Below, piece by piece: positions 16,558 to 25,072 of a stretch of DNA of 41,230 nucleotides (position 1 is the stretch's first letter; every line of letters begins with the position of its first letter). The notes beneath the pieces are model-generated. The model was not told the origin of the DNA. It searched no databases and saw only the letters and a list, made by a program, of their open reading frames with translations. The position numbers and the translations under genes are program-made. The stretch comes from Faecousia sp. (GTDB lineage Bacteria; Bacillota; Clostridia; Oscillospirales; Oscillospiraceae), in the NCBI GenBank assembly GCA_045601945.1, contig JAZSAO010000278.1, positions 1 through 41,230 of the forward strand, given 5' to 3'.

Positions 16558-16621
16558 TGTCCATCCGTGTCCGTCCATGTCCATCCGTGTCCATTGACCT
16601 ATGGTTTTGAGGGGGTATAAT
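16558..16621 (+). promoter_or_regulatory. Late promoter with four phased TGTCC repeats
   Basis: TGTCC at 16558, 16568, 16578 and 16588; TTGACC(16594)-16 bp-TATAAT(16616). Confidence 0.8.
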
Positions 16622-16724
16622 GTTAGTATCTAAAAGTGTATGTGACCATCCTTAATCATACCAATTACCCCTTGCGAGAGCGTCGCCTTATGGCGGCGTT
16701 TTCGTTTTCGGAAGGAGATTACCA

Positions 16725-17402
16725 ATGAACAATAACAAAGAGTGGACCATCATAGAGCAAATGATGACCGGAAACTTTCTAACAACCGATGCCAAAGGCG
16801 ATTCGTATATCAGAGTTCCGGATGAGTCTACACTTCGCAAGCAGGTCCAATACTTCCGCAGCCTTGGATATATGGTCAATAAAGAGGAGCGCTATTATGC
16901 CGTTCTTTCCAAACCTGGTATTCCCGGAATAATTGAGATCCAGACCATTAAGGCTGAAATAGAGACTGGCAGACACGCAAAGGATGCGAGTGCTTTGGAA
17001 ACTATGAGAGAGTTATCTCGACAGTTTACTGAGGCTAAAGTTGCCGCAAAAAAAGCAGGAGCAATGGAACTTGAGTTTGATTTCGGTGATGGCACCAAGA
17101 AACATCTCTATTGGGATGGTGGTAATTGGGCCTATAAACCGAACTCTATGGAGCTTAAGTACAACAAGAACCGGAGCGGGATATATAAGGCAAAGTTTGA
17201 TCCAAGTAAGGTTAAGGCGATGGGTGATGCATCTCCTATTACACGCCTCTATGCCAAGAACAAAAAGCATCTCCAGGATCTTATCCATGAGTATCGTGAA
17301 AAAGGTTGGATTGTTACAACATATCAGCCGACACTCGTAGAACTCGAACACAAGAATAAGCCTGGCATAATCGTTATAGACATTGTTTCTCGCAATAAGT
17401 AA
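16725..17402 (+). CDS. Hypothetical protein; candidate capsid-internal polyprotein A
   Basis: AAGGAG RBS; leader shared with the 21139 gene; TTD|A, AKD|A and MGD|A sites; domains 1 and 3 resemble each other. Confidence 0.7.
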   Translation: MNNNKEWTIIEQMMTGNFLTTDAKGDSYIRVPDESTLRKQVQYFRSLGYMVNKEERYYAVLSKPGIPGIIEIQTIKAEIETGRHAKDASALETMRELSRQFTEAKVAAKKAGAMELEFDFGDGTKKHLYWDGGNWAYKPNSMELKYNKNRSGIYKAKFDPSKVKAMGDASPITRLYAKNKKHLQDLIHEYREKGWIVTTYQPTLVELEHKNKPGIIVIDIVSRNK

Positions 17403-17404
17403 TC

Positions 17405-17779
17405 ATGGCTAAGATGGGCAGACCTAAAAAACAAATATCGAAGCACACCTTTGAGAAGCTTTGCGGAATGCAATGCACTATAAGCGAGGTTTGCGCTTTT
17501 TTGGATGTATCTGAAAAGACGCTGGAGGCATGGTGCAAGGAAAACTATGGGATGACTTTTTCCAAGGTTTTCGACCAAAAGCGAGAAGCCGGAAAGATCT
17601 CCCTTCGGAGAATCCAATGGCAGCATGCCGAGAAGAGTCCGAGTATGGCCATATTCCTGGGCAAGAACTACCTGAACCAGCGTGATGTATCCACGGTCGG
17701 CGTTGCCATGCATGTGGAAGATGATCCAATCACCAAGGCGCTTAAGGAATCGGGGATCATAGACAATGGGGCTGAGTGA
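17405..17779 (+). CDS. terS: Terminase small subunit
   Basis: MGRPKK, HTH, MAIFLGKNYLNQRD; directly upstream of terL. Confidence 0.82.
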   Translation: MAKMGRPKKQISKHTFEKLCGMQCTISEVCAFLDVSEKTLEAWCKENYGMTFSKVFDQKREAGKISLRRIQWQHAEKSPSMAIFLGKNYLNQRDVSTVGVAMHVEDDPITKALKESGIIDNGAE

Positions 17780-18986
17780 AAAACAACTCGCCATAATGAA
17801 GTTTCCCTATAGCAAGTATGACGCGATTATTTGTGATGGAGCTGTCAGAGCGGGCAAAACATCCATCATGGCGCTTTCGTTCATTCTGTGGGCTATGGGG
17901 AACTTTAAGAACCAATCCTTTGCCATCTGCGGGAAAAGCGTTGGAGCAGTTACAAGGAACATCCTGAATCCAATCCTGAACATACAGTATCTCAAGGACA
18001 ACTTCGAGATGCGGTATCATCGGGGAGATCATCTTCTCGTTATAAAGCGAGGACAATGTGTGAATCAGTTCTACTTCTTCGGGGGAAAGGATGAGAGCAG
18101 CTACACACTTATCCAAGGAATGACTCTTGCCGGGGTGATGCTGGATGAGGTCGCACTTATGCCGAGATCCTTTGTGGAGCAGGCTCTTGCAAGATGCTCT
18201 GTGGAAGGGTCAAAGTTCTGGTTCAACTGCAATCCGGAGAATCCGAGACATTGGTTCAGGATGGAATGGCTTCTGCAGCTCGATAAGCACAACGCTCTGC
18301 ATCTGCACTTCACTATGGATGATAATCCGGGGTTGTCTGAAGCGATGAAGGAACGCTACAAGACGATGTACTCCGGTGTGTTTTATCAGCGGTACATTCT
18401 TGGTCTGTGGGTAATGGCCGAGGGCGTAGTCTATGATATGTTTGACACGAATGAGAACGTCTACAGACCGGAAGAGCGCCCGGTCGACCTGCATTGGGCT
18501 GGTGATAGGTCCATTGCCATAGACTACGGAACTACGAATCCGATGCGGTTCCTGGATATATACGATTATCACGGCAAACTTTATGTTGACCGGGAGTATT
18601 CCTGGGACAGCAGACTTCAATATACACAGAAGACCGATAGTGAATATGCAGATGACCTTATTGCGTTTATGGGAGATCGGGGATGTGCGATCTATATAGA
18701 TCCATCTGCTGCGAGTTTTATTGCTGAGCTGCAGCGCAGAGGTCTATATGTTATTCCGGCAGATAACGATGTGCTTGATGGTATCAGGCGCGTCGGTTCG
18801 CTGGTCAAGAAGAGAGAGATCCTTGTATGCTCCGAATGTGAACGCATTCTGGATGAGTTCGGTGTGTACATCTGGGATGATAAGGCCGCACAGCGAGGTG
18901 ATGAGCGTCCGGTCAAGCAATCAGACCATTCGCTTGATGCTCTGCGTTATAGGGTGAATGCTCTGCCCGATTGGAGATTTGAGTAA
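17766..18986 (+). CDS. terL: Terminase large subunit, PBSX family
   Basis: DGAVRAGKT Walker A, LDEVALM Walker B, NCNP, IDYGTTNP, DHSLDALRY. Confidence 0.96.
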   Translation: MGLSEKQLAIMKFPYSKYDAIICDGAVRAGKTSIMALSFILWAMGNFKNQSFAICGKSVGAVTRNILNPILNIQYLKDNFEMRYHRGDHLLVIKRGQCVNQFYFFGGKDESSYTLIQGMTLAGVMLDEVALMPRSFVEQALARCSVEGSKFWFNCNPENPRHWFRMEWLLQLDKHNALHLHFTMDDNPGLSEAMKERYKTMYSGVFYQRYILGLWVMAEGVVYDMFDTNENVYRPEERPVDLHWAGDRSIAIDYGTTNPMRFLDIYDYHGKLYVDREYSWDSRLQYTQKTDSEYADDLIAFMGDRGCAIYIDPSAASFIAELQRRGLYVIPADNDVLDGIRRVGSLVKKREILVCSECERILDEFGVYIWDDKAAQRGDERPVKQSDHSLDALRYRVNALPDWRFE

Positions 18987-21010
18987 TGAGCAGAAGAAAC
19001 AAGACACAAGACAATCAGCCGATGATACTGACCGCAGATGCGTACTCAAATCCGATGTTCAGACTCGGACTCGGTACACAGGCTCCGCTGGAGGCGGTAG
19101 AGTATCCGCTTACGAGGCTTACTGATAACTACGCAAAGCTTAACAGCATGTACCGTTCCGGTGGCATCCTGCAGAGCATAGTGGATATTATCCCGGAGGA
19201 TATGACCAGGGAATGGTTCAGGTTGCAGGGAGATATCAAGCCGGAGGACATAAATGCGTTTGAGAAAGCTCAGCGGAAGATCGGTCTTAAGCGTCAGGTC
19301 ATAGAAGGTCTGCGTTGGGGCAGACTCTATGGCGGTGCAGCCGGCCTTATCCTTATCAAAGGGCAGGAGAACTTCGAGAAGCCACTCAATATAGAGGCTA
19401 TTCTTCCGGACACATTCGCTGGTCTGTGGATACTTGACAGGTGGTCCGGGGTATTCCCTGGGCAGGAACTTGTCACAGACATTATGGACAAGGACTACGG
19501 TCTGCCGAAGTTCTACGAGATCAGAACCGAGGAGCAGGGCAAGATCATCGCAAAGGTGCATCACTCAAGGATCGTGCGCTTTACAGGAAGAGAGCTGCCG
19601 TATCTGGAGAAGATAGCTGAAATGTATTGGGGCGAGTCCGAGATAGAGCCTATCTACGAGGATATCGCTCTTTATGATTCAGTTATGGCAAACATGGGCA
19701 ACCTGACGTTCCAGGCGAATGTGGACACTATGGAGGTCCAGAACCTTGACCAGCTCTTTGCGATAGGATCCGTAGAGCAGCAGAAGAGATTCTGGTCTGT
19801 AATGCAGGCGCAGTCTGTTGCCAAGAGCAACTTCGGATACCGGCTTATAAACAAGGGCGATTCCATATCGAATCAGCAGTACAGCTTTACCGGCTTTGAT
19901 ACCGTCACGCAGGCCGTGCAGATGAACCTGTCGGCCAAGACGCATATCCCGGTGACAAAGCTTTTCGGACAGGCTCCGGCAGGTCTTAATGCTACGGGCG
20001 AGTCTGACATGAAGAACTACTACGATGTGGTTGACGGTCAGAGGGAGAGTAAGCTCCGTCCGATTCTTGAACGAATACTTCCGGTTCTGTGTATGTCTGT
20101 ATGGGGCAAGGTTCCGGATGATATAGAGATAACATTCCCACCGCTGTGGACACCGAATGCGACAGAGCTTGCGCAGATCGCTGCGACCAAGAGCCAGAGC
20201 ATCATCGGTGCGTTCCAGTCCGGGCTTCTTAATATGGGCCCTGCCCAGGCAGAACTTAAGAAGCTGGAGGATGAGACCGGAATGTTTGGCTCCATCGAGG
20301 ACAAGTCCATCGAGGAGAACAAGGATAAAACATTCCAAGAGCTGCAGCAGATGGACGATCCGATGGCAGGGCTGTTCGATTCTCCCAAGGAGGAGGAAGA
20401 GGGGAGCAACGAAGAGAACCCTTTTCTGACGAAGGATGACTTTGATCCAGATCAGCCGAGAGATGATGAGGGCAAATGGACTAAAGGCGCCGGGGCAACA
20501 AAAAAATATGAGTGCGAGCGCATTAGGCCGAAAGATTGGTTTCCTGATAAGACGCCAAATAGTCACAAAGTTTTTGATAAGGACAAAGAATATATTGACT
20601 TGGATGGGACGCGTTATGTTGTCGATGGTTCAGCCGTAATATTTAGCCCAACAGAGAACGAACGCAGAGTTGCAAATATATTGGAGTCTCAAATTGGTGG
20701 AGAGCTTTTTCTTTTGCCGAAGGTAAATAGACCAGACAATGTTAAAATGGGTGACTATTTATTTAACGGGAAAAAGTATGACCTAAAAACCATAACAGGA
20801 AGCGGAAAGAACACATTAGATTCTGCAATAAAGAAGAAAAAAGGACAAGCTCCAGGATTCATTTTTGACTTATCAAATTGCCCTTTATCTAAAAAACAGG
20901 TTAGGGCACAAGTGAAAGAAATATTTAAATCCAAGCATAGGATATTTATAGATGAGATCATTATTATTCGAGGCAATAAAATCAAGGAAATCTATAGACG
21001 AAAAAAATGA
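18986..21010 (+). CDS. Portal protein (DUF1073-type) with C-terminal CdiA-C-like nuclease extension
   Basis: WGRLYGGA, HHSRIVRF, IPVTKLFGQAPAGLNATGESD..NYYD portal motifs; from 20438 a DFDPDQPRDDEGKW linker and a GDYLFNG..YDLKT...KKGQA..FIFD domain. Confidence 0.88.
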   Translation: MSRRNKTQDNQPMILTADAYSNPMFRLGLGTQAPLEAVEYPLTRLTDNYAKLNSMYRSGGILQSIVDIIPEDMTREWFRLQGDIKPEDINAFEKAQRKIGLKRQVIEGLRWGRLYGGAAGLILIKGQENFEKPLNIEAILPDTFAGLWILDRWSGVFPGQELVTDIMDKDYGLPKFYEIRTEEQGKIIAKVHHSRIVRFTGRELPYLEKIAEMYWGESEIEPIYEDIALYDSVMANMGNLTFQANVDTMEVQNLDQLFAIGSVEQQKRFWSVMQAQSVAKSNFGYRLINKGDSISNQQYSFTGFDTVTQAVQMNLSAKTHIPVTKLFGQAPAGLNATGESDMKNYYDVVDGQRESKLRPILERILPVLCMSVWGKVPDDIEITFPPLWTPNATELAQIAATKSQSIIGAFQSGLLNMGPAQAELKKLEDETGMFGSIEDKSIEENKDKTFQELQQMDDPMAGLFDSPKEEEEGSNEENPFLTKDDFDPDQPRDDEGKWTKGAGATKKYECERIRPKDWFPDKTPNSHKVFDKDKEYIDLDGTRYVVDGSAVIFSPTENERRVANILESQIGGELFLLPKVNRPDNVKMGDYLFNGKKYDLKTITGSGKNTLDSAIKKKKGQAPGFIFDLSNCPLSKKQVRAQVKEIFKSKHRIFIDEIIIIRGNKIKEIYRRKK

Positions 21011-21058
21011 GGGTCACCCCGGCCCGACCTTTCGGTTTTGTGAGCCACGACAACTCTC
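21001..21058 (-). ncRNA. Candidate ~58-nt antisense-strand small RNA downstream of the nuclease domain
   Basis: Predicted +1 at 21058; closing stem GAGAGUUG/UGACCCUC, inner GGCUC/GGGCC and ACC-GAAA-GGU hairpin, then U7. Confidence 0.55.
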
Positions 21059-21064
21059 AATTAT

Positions 21065-21093
21065 TTTATAGCACACAATGTTAGATTTGTCAA
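21065..21093 (-). promoter_or_regulatory. Antisense SigA promoter
   Basis: Minus strand TTGACA(21093-21088)-17 bp-TATAAA(21070-21065) with extended TG. Confidence 0.72.
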
Positions 21094-21138
21094 CATGTTT
21101 AGCCGGACTTATGAGTCCGCTTTTTAATGGAGGAGACA

Positions 21139-21933
21139 ATGGACACAAAGAAGACCTGGTTGATTACCCAGGATATGATGCAGGGACAGTTCGCAGCTGA
21201 TGCTGAGTACGGTAAGTGGGGAGAACCGTTTAAGAACCCTGACCAGACACAGGTCCGTTTCTATCGCGAAAACAGGAACGGAAAAGTGGTCGGCATTAAA
21301 GAGGTCAAGTCTAAGACCGGCGGTCTCAGAAAAATCGAGGTTCCGCTTGAAGAGGTGGATCGGCATCTTTCCAAGGATGCAGACAACCTGAACGACCTGA
21401 AGTACAAGCTGCGCAATAAGTTGATGGGTGCGCAGGCAAGTGAGAAAAGCCTTGCGAACCTTCTGTCCAGCAACGGATTCAGCAAGATCCAGAAACTATC
21501 GGGGTACAGCTTCAAGGGCGAGAACTCCCGCGGACTGAAGGTGGGTATCACATACAAACCCATCGATTCTGATAACAAGGTCTTCAAGGTTAAAGAAGTG
21601 TGGTTTGAAGATGCCAAATCCACAAGAGACGGATTAGAGTCTGAGGCATCTTTTAGGGCAGAGTATATGTCTATCCTGAAAAAAGCCAATGACCTACAGA
21701 AACAGGCTCAGATGGCTTATAAGAGAGATGATCTCGCAAAAGGGGATGCCTTATGGAAGGCCTTTTATAAAGAGGCTGATAAGCTCGGTGCTCTTGTAAT
21801 CGCCGGAAACAAGAGAGGCTATACAGAACCGAAAGAACGTATCAACTATTATCCAAAACCTATAGGAGATTCTAAGATGACAGGAGCTAACTATAGAATG
21901 TCTCTCGATGAGACGGCGAGAGCCAGGAAGTAA
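21139..21933 (+). CDS. Hypothetical protein; candidate capsid-internal polyprotein B
   Basis: GGAGG RBS; leader MDTKKTWLITQDMMQGQFAAD|A; internal SKD|A, FED|A, TRD|G and IGD|S sites. Confidence 0.7.
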   Translation: MDTKKTWLITQDMMQGQFAADAEYGKWGEPFKNPDQTQVRFYRENRNGKVVGIKEVKSKTGGLRKIEVPLEEVDRHLSKDADNLNDLKYKLRNKLMGAQASEKSLANLLSSNGFSKIQKLSGYSFKGENSRGLKVGITYKPIDSDNKVFKVKEVWFEDAKSTRDGLESEASFRAEYMSILKKANDLQKQAQMAYKRDDLAKGDALWKAFYKEADKLGALVIAGNKRGYTEPKERINYYPKPIGDSKMTGANYRMSLDETARARK

Positions 21934-22004
21934 GATAGTTATGGATAGATGGATAGAATACAAGATGGCGCTTGGTGTAGACTTTGCTAAGTTCGCAAGG
22001 TTAT

Positions 22005-23132
22005 ATGGCTAAACAGACTTTAAGCATTAGGGAGATTTTGGCTCTGCAGCGCATATACCGCAGAGCCGAGGTCGACATCATAAACGAATTAGCAAGGCTC
22101 CGTTCGCGGGGTCTTGTTGATTATCATGCGGTTTCTGCGCTTTTGAGAGTACAGAAGATCCTGCTCACTATGCAGGATCGCGCCGGGAAGTATGTTCCGA
22201 AGATGGTAGAGCGATACTTCTATGCTAACCATCCGGAGCGGTACACCAGATTCCCTAAGACGGGCAAGGAGCACCGTGATGCTTATAAACGTGCTGCGCT
22301 GCTTTCTGCTGAAGAGCAGGACCTTATTTTGCGGCTTGAGAACGACATCATGTACAAGCTTGCGCAGGCATCGAACAACGTGCAGGAGCATCTGACGGGA
22401 GTTCTTTTAGGTAGGCAGGCTCAGGACATCTTCCGGCAGAAAGGCCTGGAGATGGTCGCTAAGCAGCAGGCCACCGGGATGAAGCTGGAGGCGCAGAAGG
22501 ACTTCATTGAAGACCTGCAGCGGAATGGGATCACGGCCTTTACCGACAAGTCCGGTAGAAAGTGGTCGCTCCGGGCATATGCAGATATGGTCACAAGAAC
22601 CACATCAAGGCAGGCCGAGGTCACTTCTGTTCTTACGAAGTTCGGTGAGCAGGATCTGTTTATGATATCCAAGAACGGATCCACCTGCCCTATATGCGCA
22701 CCGCTTGAGGGTAGGGTCTACAGTAAGTCTGGGTCTGATCCTGATTTCCCACCGCTTGCATCTGCATTTGGGAAGATCAATCCTAACGGTCCGAATACGC
22801 TCTCGAACAGCTATTTGAACATACATCCAAATTGTCTGCATGTCCTGATTCCCTGGACGCCTGCAGGCAAGAGCAAAGAGCAGATCGAGAAGATTAAGAA
22901 GTTTTCGAACTTTAACACGAATCCGGTTACCAGGGATCCACGCAGCCAACGTCAAGTGGACGAATACAAGCGGAAAGAAGAGGGCCGAGCGAAGATTCTT
23001 GCGGATATTGATCAGTGGAAGAAGATGCGAATCGCCGGGATAGGTCCGGCATCGTTTCAGACCTTTTTGAAACATAAGCTGGCAAATGATGCGAAGTACA
23101 AGGAGTGGCTTGCGGCTTATAGGAAACTATGA
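22005..23132 (+). CDS. Minor capsid protein (MuF/gp7-like)
   Basis: DKSGRKWSL..YADMVTRT, CPICAPLEGRVYS, IHPNCLH motifs. Confidence 0.88.
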   Translation: MAKQTLSIREILALQRIYRRAEVDIINELARLRSRGLVDYHAVSALLRVQKILLTMQDRAGKYVPKMVERYFYANHPERYTRFPKTGKEHRDAYKRAALLSAEEQDLILRLENDIMYKLAQASNNVQEHLTGVLLGRQAQDIFRQKGLEMVAKQQATGMKLEAQKDFIEDLQRNGITAFTDKSGRKWSLRAYADMVTRTTSRQAEVTSVLTKFGEQDLFMISKNGSTCPICAPLEGRVYSKSGSDPDFPPLASAFGKINPNGPNTLSNSYLNIHPNCLHVLIPWTPAGKSKEQIEKIKKFSNFNTNPVTRDPRSQRQVDEYKRKEEGRAKILADIDQWKKMRIAGIGPASFQTFLKHKLANDAKYKEWLAAYRKL

Positions 23133-23163
23133 AAACCTTGGCATATGACGATAGGAGTTGAAT

Positions 23164-24405
23164 ATGATTACATACTACGGCTCTCAGATCTCGCCGAACA
23201 AGGTCGAGACAAGTGAGGGCTTTTTAATTTGCAGAAACGTACCCATTGCTCGTATCGGTGAGCAGGACTATCTGGCACGAGAACTGCAGCTGCCGGGCGA
23301 CCAGGACAGGCTGGTCAAGGTCAATCGCTACGACGTCGACGTGTTCGACAAGGCTGCTCTGGCGAGCTTTGAGGGAAAGCCTGTTACGGACGGGCATCCG
23401 GCTGACAGCGTAGGCCCGGAGAACTTCGCTTCTTTAGCGAAGGGCCATGTGCAGAACGTCCGCAGGGATGGAGCGAATATGGTTGCAGACCTTTACATCA
23501 ACGACGCGAATCTGATCTCCGACATACAGAACGGAGTCAAGCGTGAGGTGTCTTGCGGGTACATGTGCAACTACGAAGAAGACGGAGACGGGTACAAGCA
23601 GACCCATATCAGAGGCAATCACGTGGCGGTCGTGCATTCGGGCAGGGCTGGACACGATGTAGCAATAAAAGATGCCGCAGCAAAGACTGCGGAAGAAAGG
23701 ACTCAAAAGATGAGTAAGTTTTCAAAAGCAGTCCTTACCGCATTTGGAGTTGCGGCAAGAGACGCAAAGGACGAGGAGCTTAAGGAACTGACCGAGATCG
23801 CAGCCGATGCGCTGGAATCCGAACCCGCGAAAGCGCCGGAAGATGAACCCGCAAAGGATGAAGATCCTGAAGAGGAGAAGGCAGTAGATGAGGCTCCGGA
23901 TGATCTTGGAGCAAAGCTGGACAAGGTCATTGACATGCTGGATTCCCTTTGCAGAACCAAGGATGCCGATCCTGAGGAAGAGACCGAGGACGAGGATGAG
24001 GAGGAGACTCTGGATGATGCCATCGAAGAGCTCGAATCCAAAGATGAAGACCCGGAGGAGACCGAGGATGAGGACATCGAAGAGGCTTCTGAGGTAATCG
24101 AGGACGAGGATCCCGAAGAGACCGAGGATGAGGATGAAGAGGAGAAGAAGGCTGCTGATACCGCCGCATTCCTGCGCAGAATGAGGCCGGCTGTAGCAGC
24201 GATCTCCAACAAGGATGAACGTGCAGCCGTGACCAAGGCGCTGCTTCGTGCAGTAAGGTCGAAGGACTCCAGCCGTGCTATCTTTGACGCATCCAGAAAG
24301 GCAGCGCAGAAAGCTGCTGATGCATCCGGGAAGACCAGCTATGAACGTAGGTGCGAGGTTCAGGGCAACGCATATGCGAAGCACAACCCGCACATCAAGA
24401 AGTAA
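23164..24405 (+). CDS. DUF2213 prohead protease / scaffold fusion
   Basis: EGFLIC.NVPIARIG, GKPVTDGHP, EVSCGY, NHVAVV..GRAG; acidic DEDPEETEDE repeats in the C-terminal half. Confidence 0.92.
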   Translation: MITYYGSQISPNKVETSEGFLICRNVPIARIGEQDYLARELQLPGDQDRLVKVNRYDVDVFDKAALASFEGKPVTDGHPADSVGPENFASLAKGHVQNVRRDGANMVADLYINDANLISDIQNGVKREVSCGYMCNYEEDGDGYKQTHIRGNHVAVVHSGRAGHDVAIKDAAAKTAEERTQKMSKFSKAVLTAFGVAARDAKDEELKELTEIAADALESEPAKAPEDEPAKDEDPEEEKAVDEAPDDLGAKLDKVIDMLDSLCRTKDADPEEETEDEDEEETLDDAIEELESKDEDPEETEDEDIEEASEVIEDEDPEETEDEDEEEKKAADTAAFLRRMRPAVAAISNKDERAAVTKALLRAVRSKDSSRAIFDASRKAAQKAADASGKTSYERRCEVQGNAYAKHNPHIKK

Positions 24406-24419
24406 GAGGAGGAGAAGTA

Positions 24420-25061
24420 ATGGCTTCTATTCAGTTCACACAGAACATCGGCAAGACAATGCCGCACGGTATGGCGGGTAACTATGCCCGTCAGCCGGAC
24501 ATGATAGTCAACACATTCCCTGCCGGCGGAAGCGCTAACATTCCGTTCGGCGCGGCTCTCGGTCTGTCCGATGGTAAGGTCGTGGCTCTCGGCGCATCTG
24601 CAAAGGCATCCGACTTCATCGGTATCGCTGGCAGAGAGTTCAAGAGCGCGCTCAACTATCTCGACCAGAGCAAGGGCGAGTACGCTCCGGGTGAAGCGGT
24701 TTCCGTATTCCAGAGGGGCTGCATCAACGTTAAGTGCCAGAGAGGCACCGCCGCTTATGGCGGAGCAGTTTATCTGCGCACGACCGCTAACGCATCTTAT
24801 TCCACCGCTGTTGTAGGCGGATTCGAGGCATCTGCCGATTCCGGTAAGACCATCGAACTTCCGTTCTGCAAGTGGATGGGACCGGCTGACGCCAATGGCA
24901 TCGCCGAGCTTCGTATCACTCCGTTCCCGACCGTTGGTCTTGAGACCACAATGAGTCAGGGCGCTGCCGTAGCTGATGCTGCCGGTGCTGCTCCGACCGC
25001 GGCCGAGTTCAAGGCTCTGCTCGACTCTCTGCGCGACGCAGGCGTTATAGCAGATAGCTAA
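24420..25061 (+). CDS. Head decoration (cement) protein with short C-terminal head-fibre motif
   Basis: Position between scaffold and MCP; IPFG...FIGIA.R...VFQRGCINV; tail GAAVADAAG.APTAAEFKALLDSLRDAGVI. Confidence 0.75.
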   Translation: MASIQFTQNIGKTMPHGMAGNYARQPDMIVNTFPAGGSANIPFGAALGLSDGKVVALGASAKASDFIGIAGREFKSALNYLDQSKGEYAPGEAVSVFQRGCINVKCQRGTAAYGGAVYLRTTANASYSTAVVGGFEASADSGKTIELPFCKWMGPADANGIAELRITPFPTVGLETTMSQGAAVADAAGAAPTAAEFKALLDSLRDAGVIADS

Positions 25062-25072
25062 GGAGGTAAATC

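Noticed and set aside
18986-20430. Portal core as an anti-CBASS Acb1 protein (a label sometimes attached to DUF1073)
   Set aside because: Position after terL and the motifs indicate a portal; no HxT/S 2H-phosphoesterase pair seen.
23820-24150. GAGGATGAG-rich DNA repeats as a separate element
   Set aside because: They encode the acidic DEDPEETEDE scaffold repeats.
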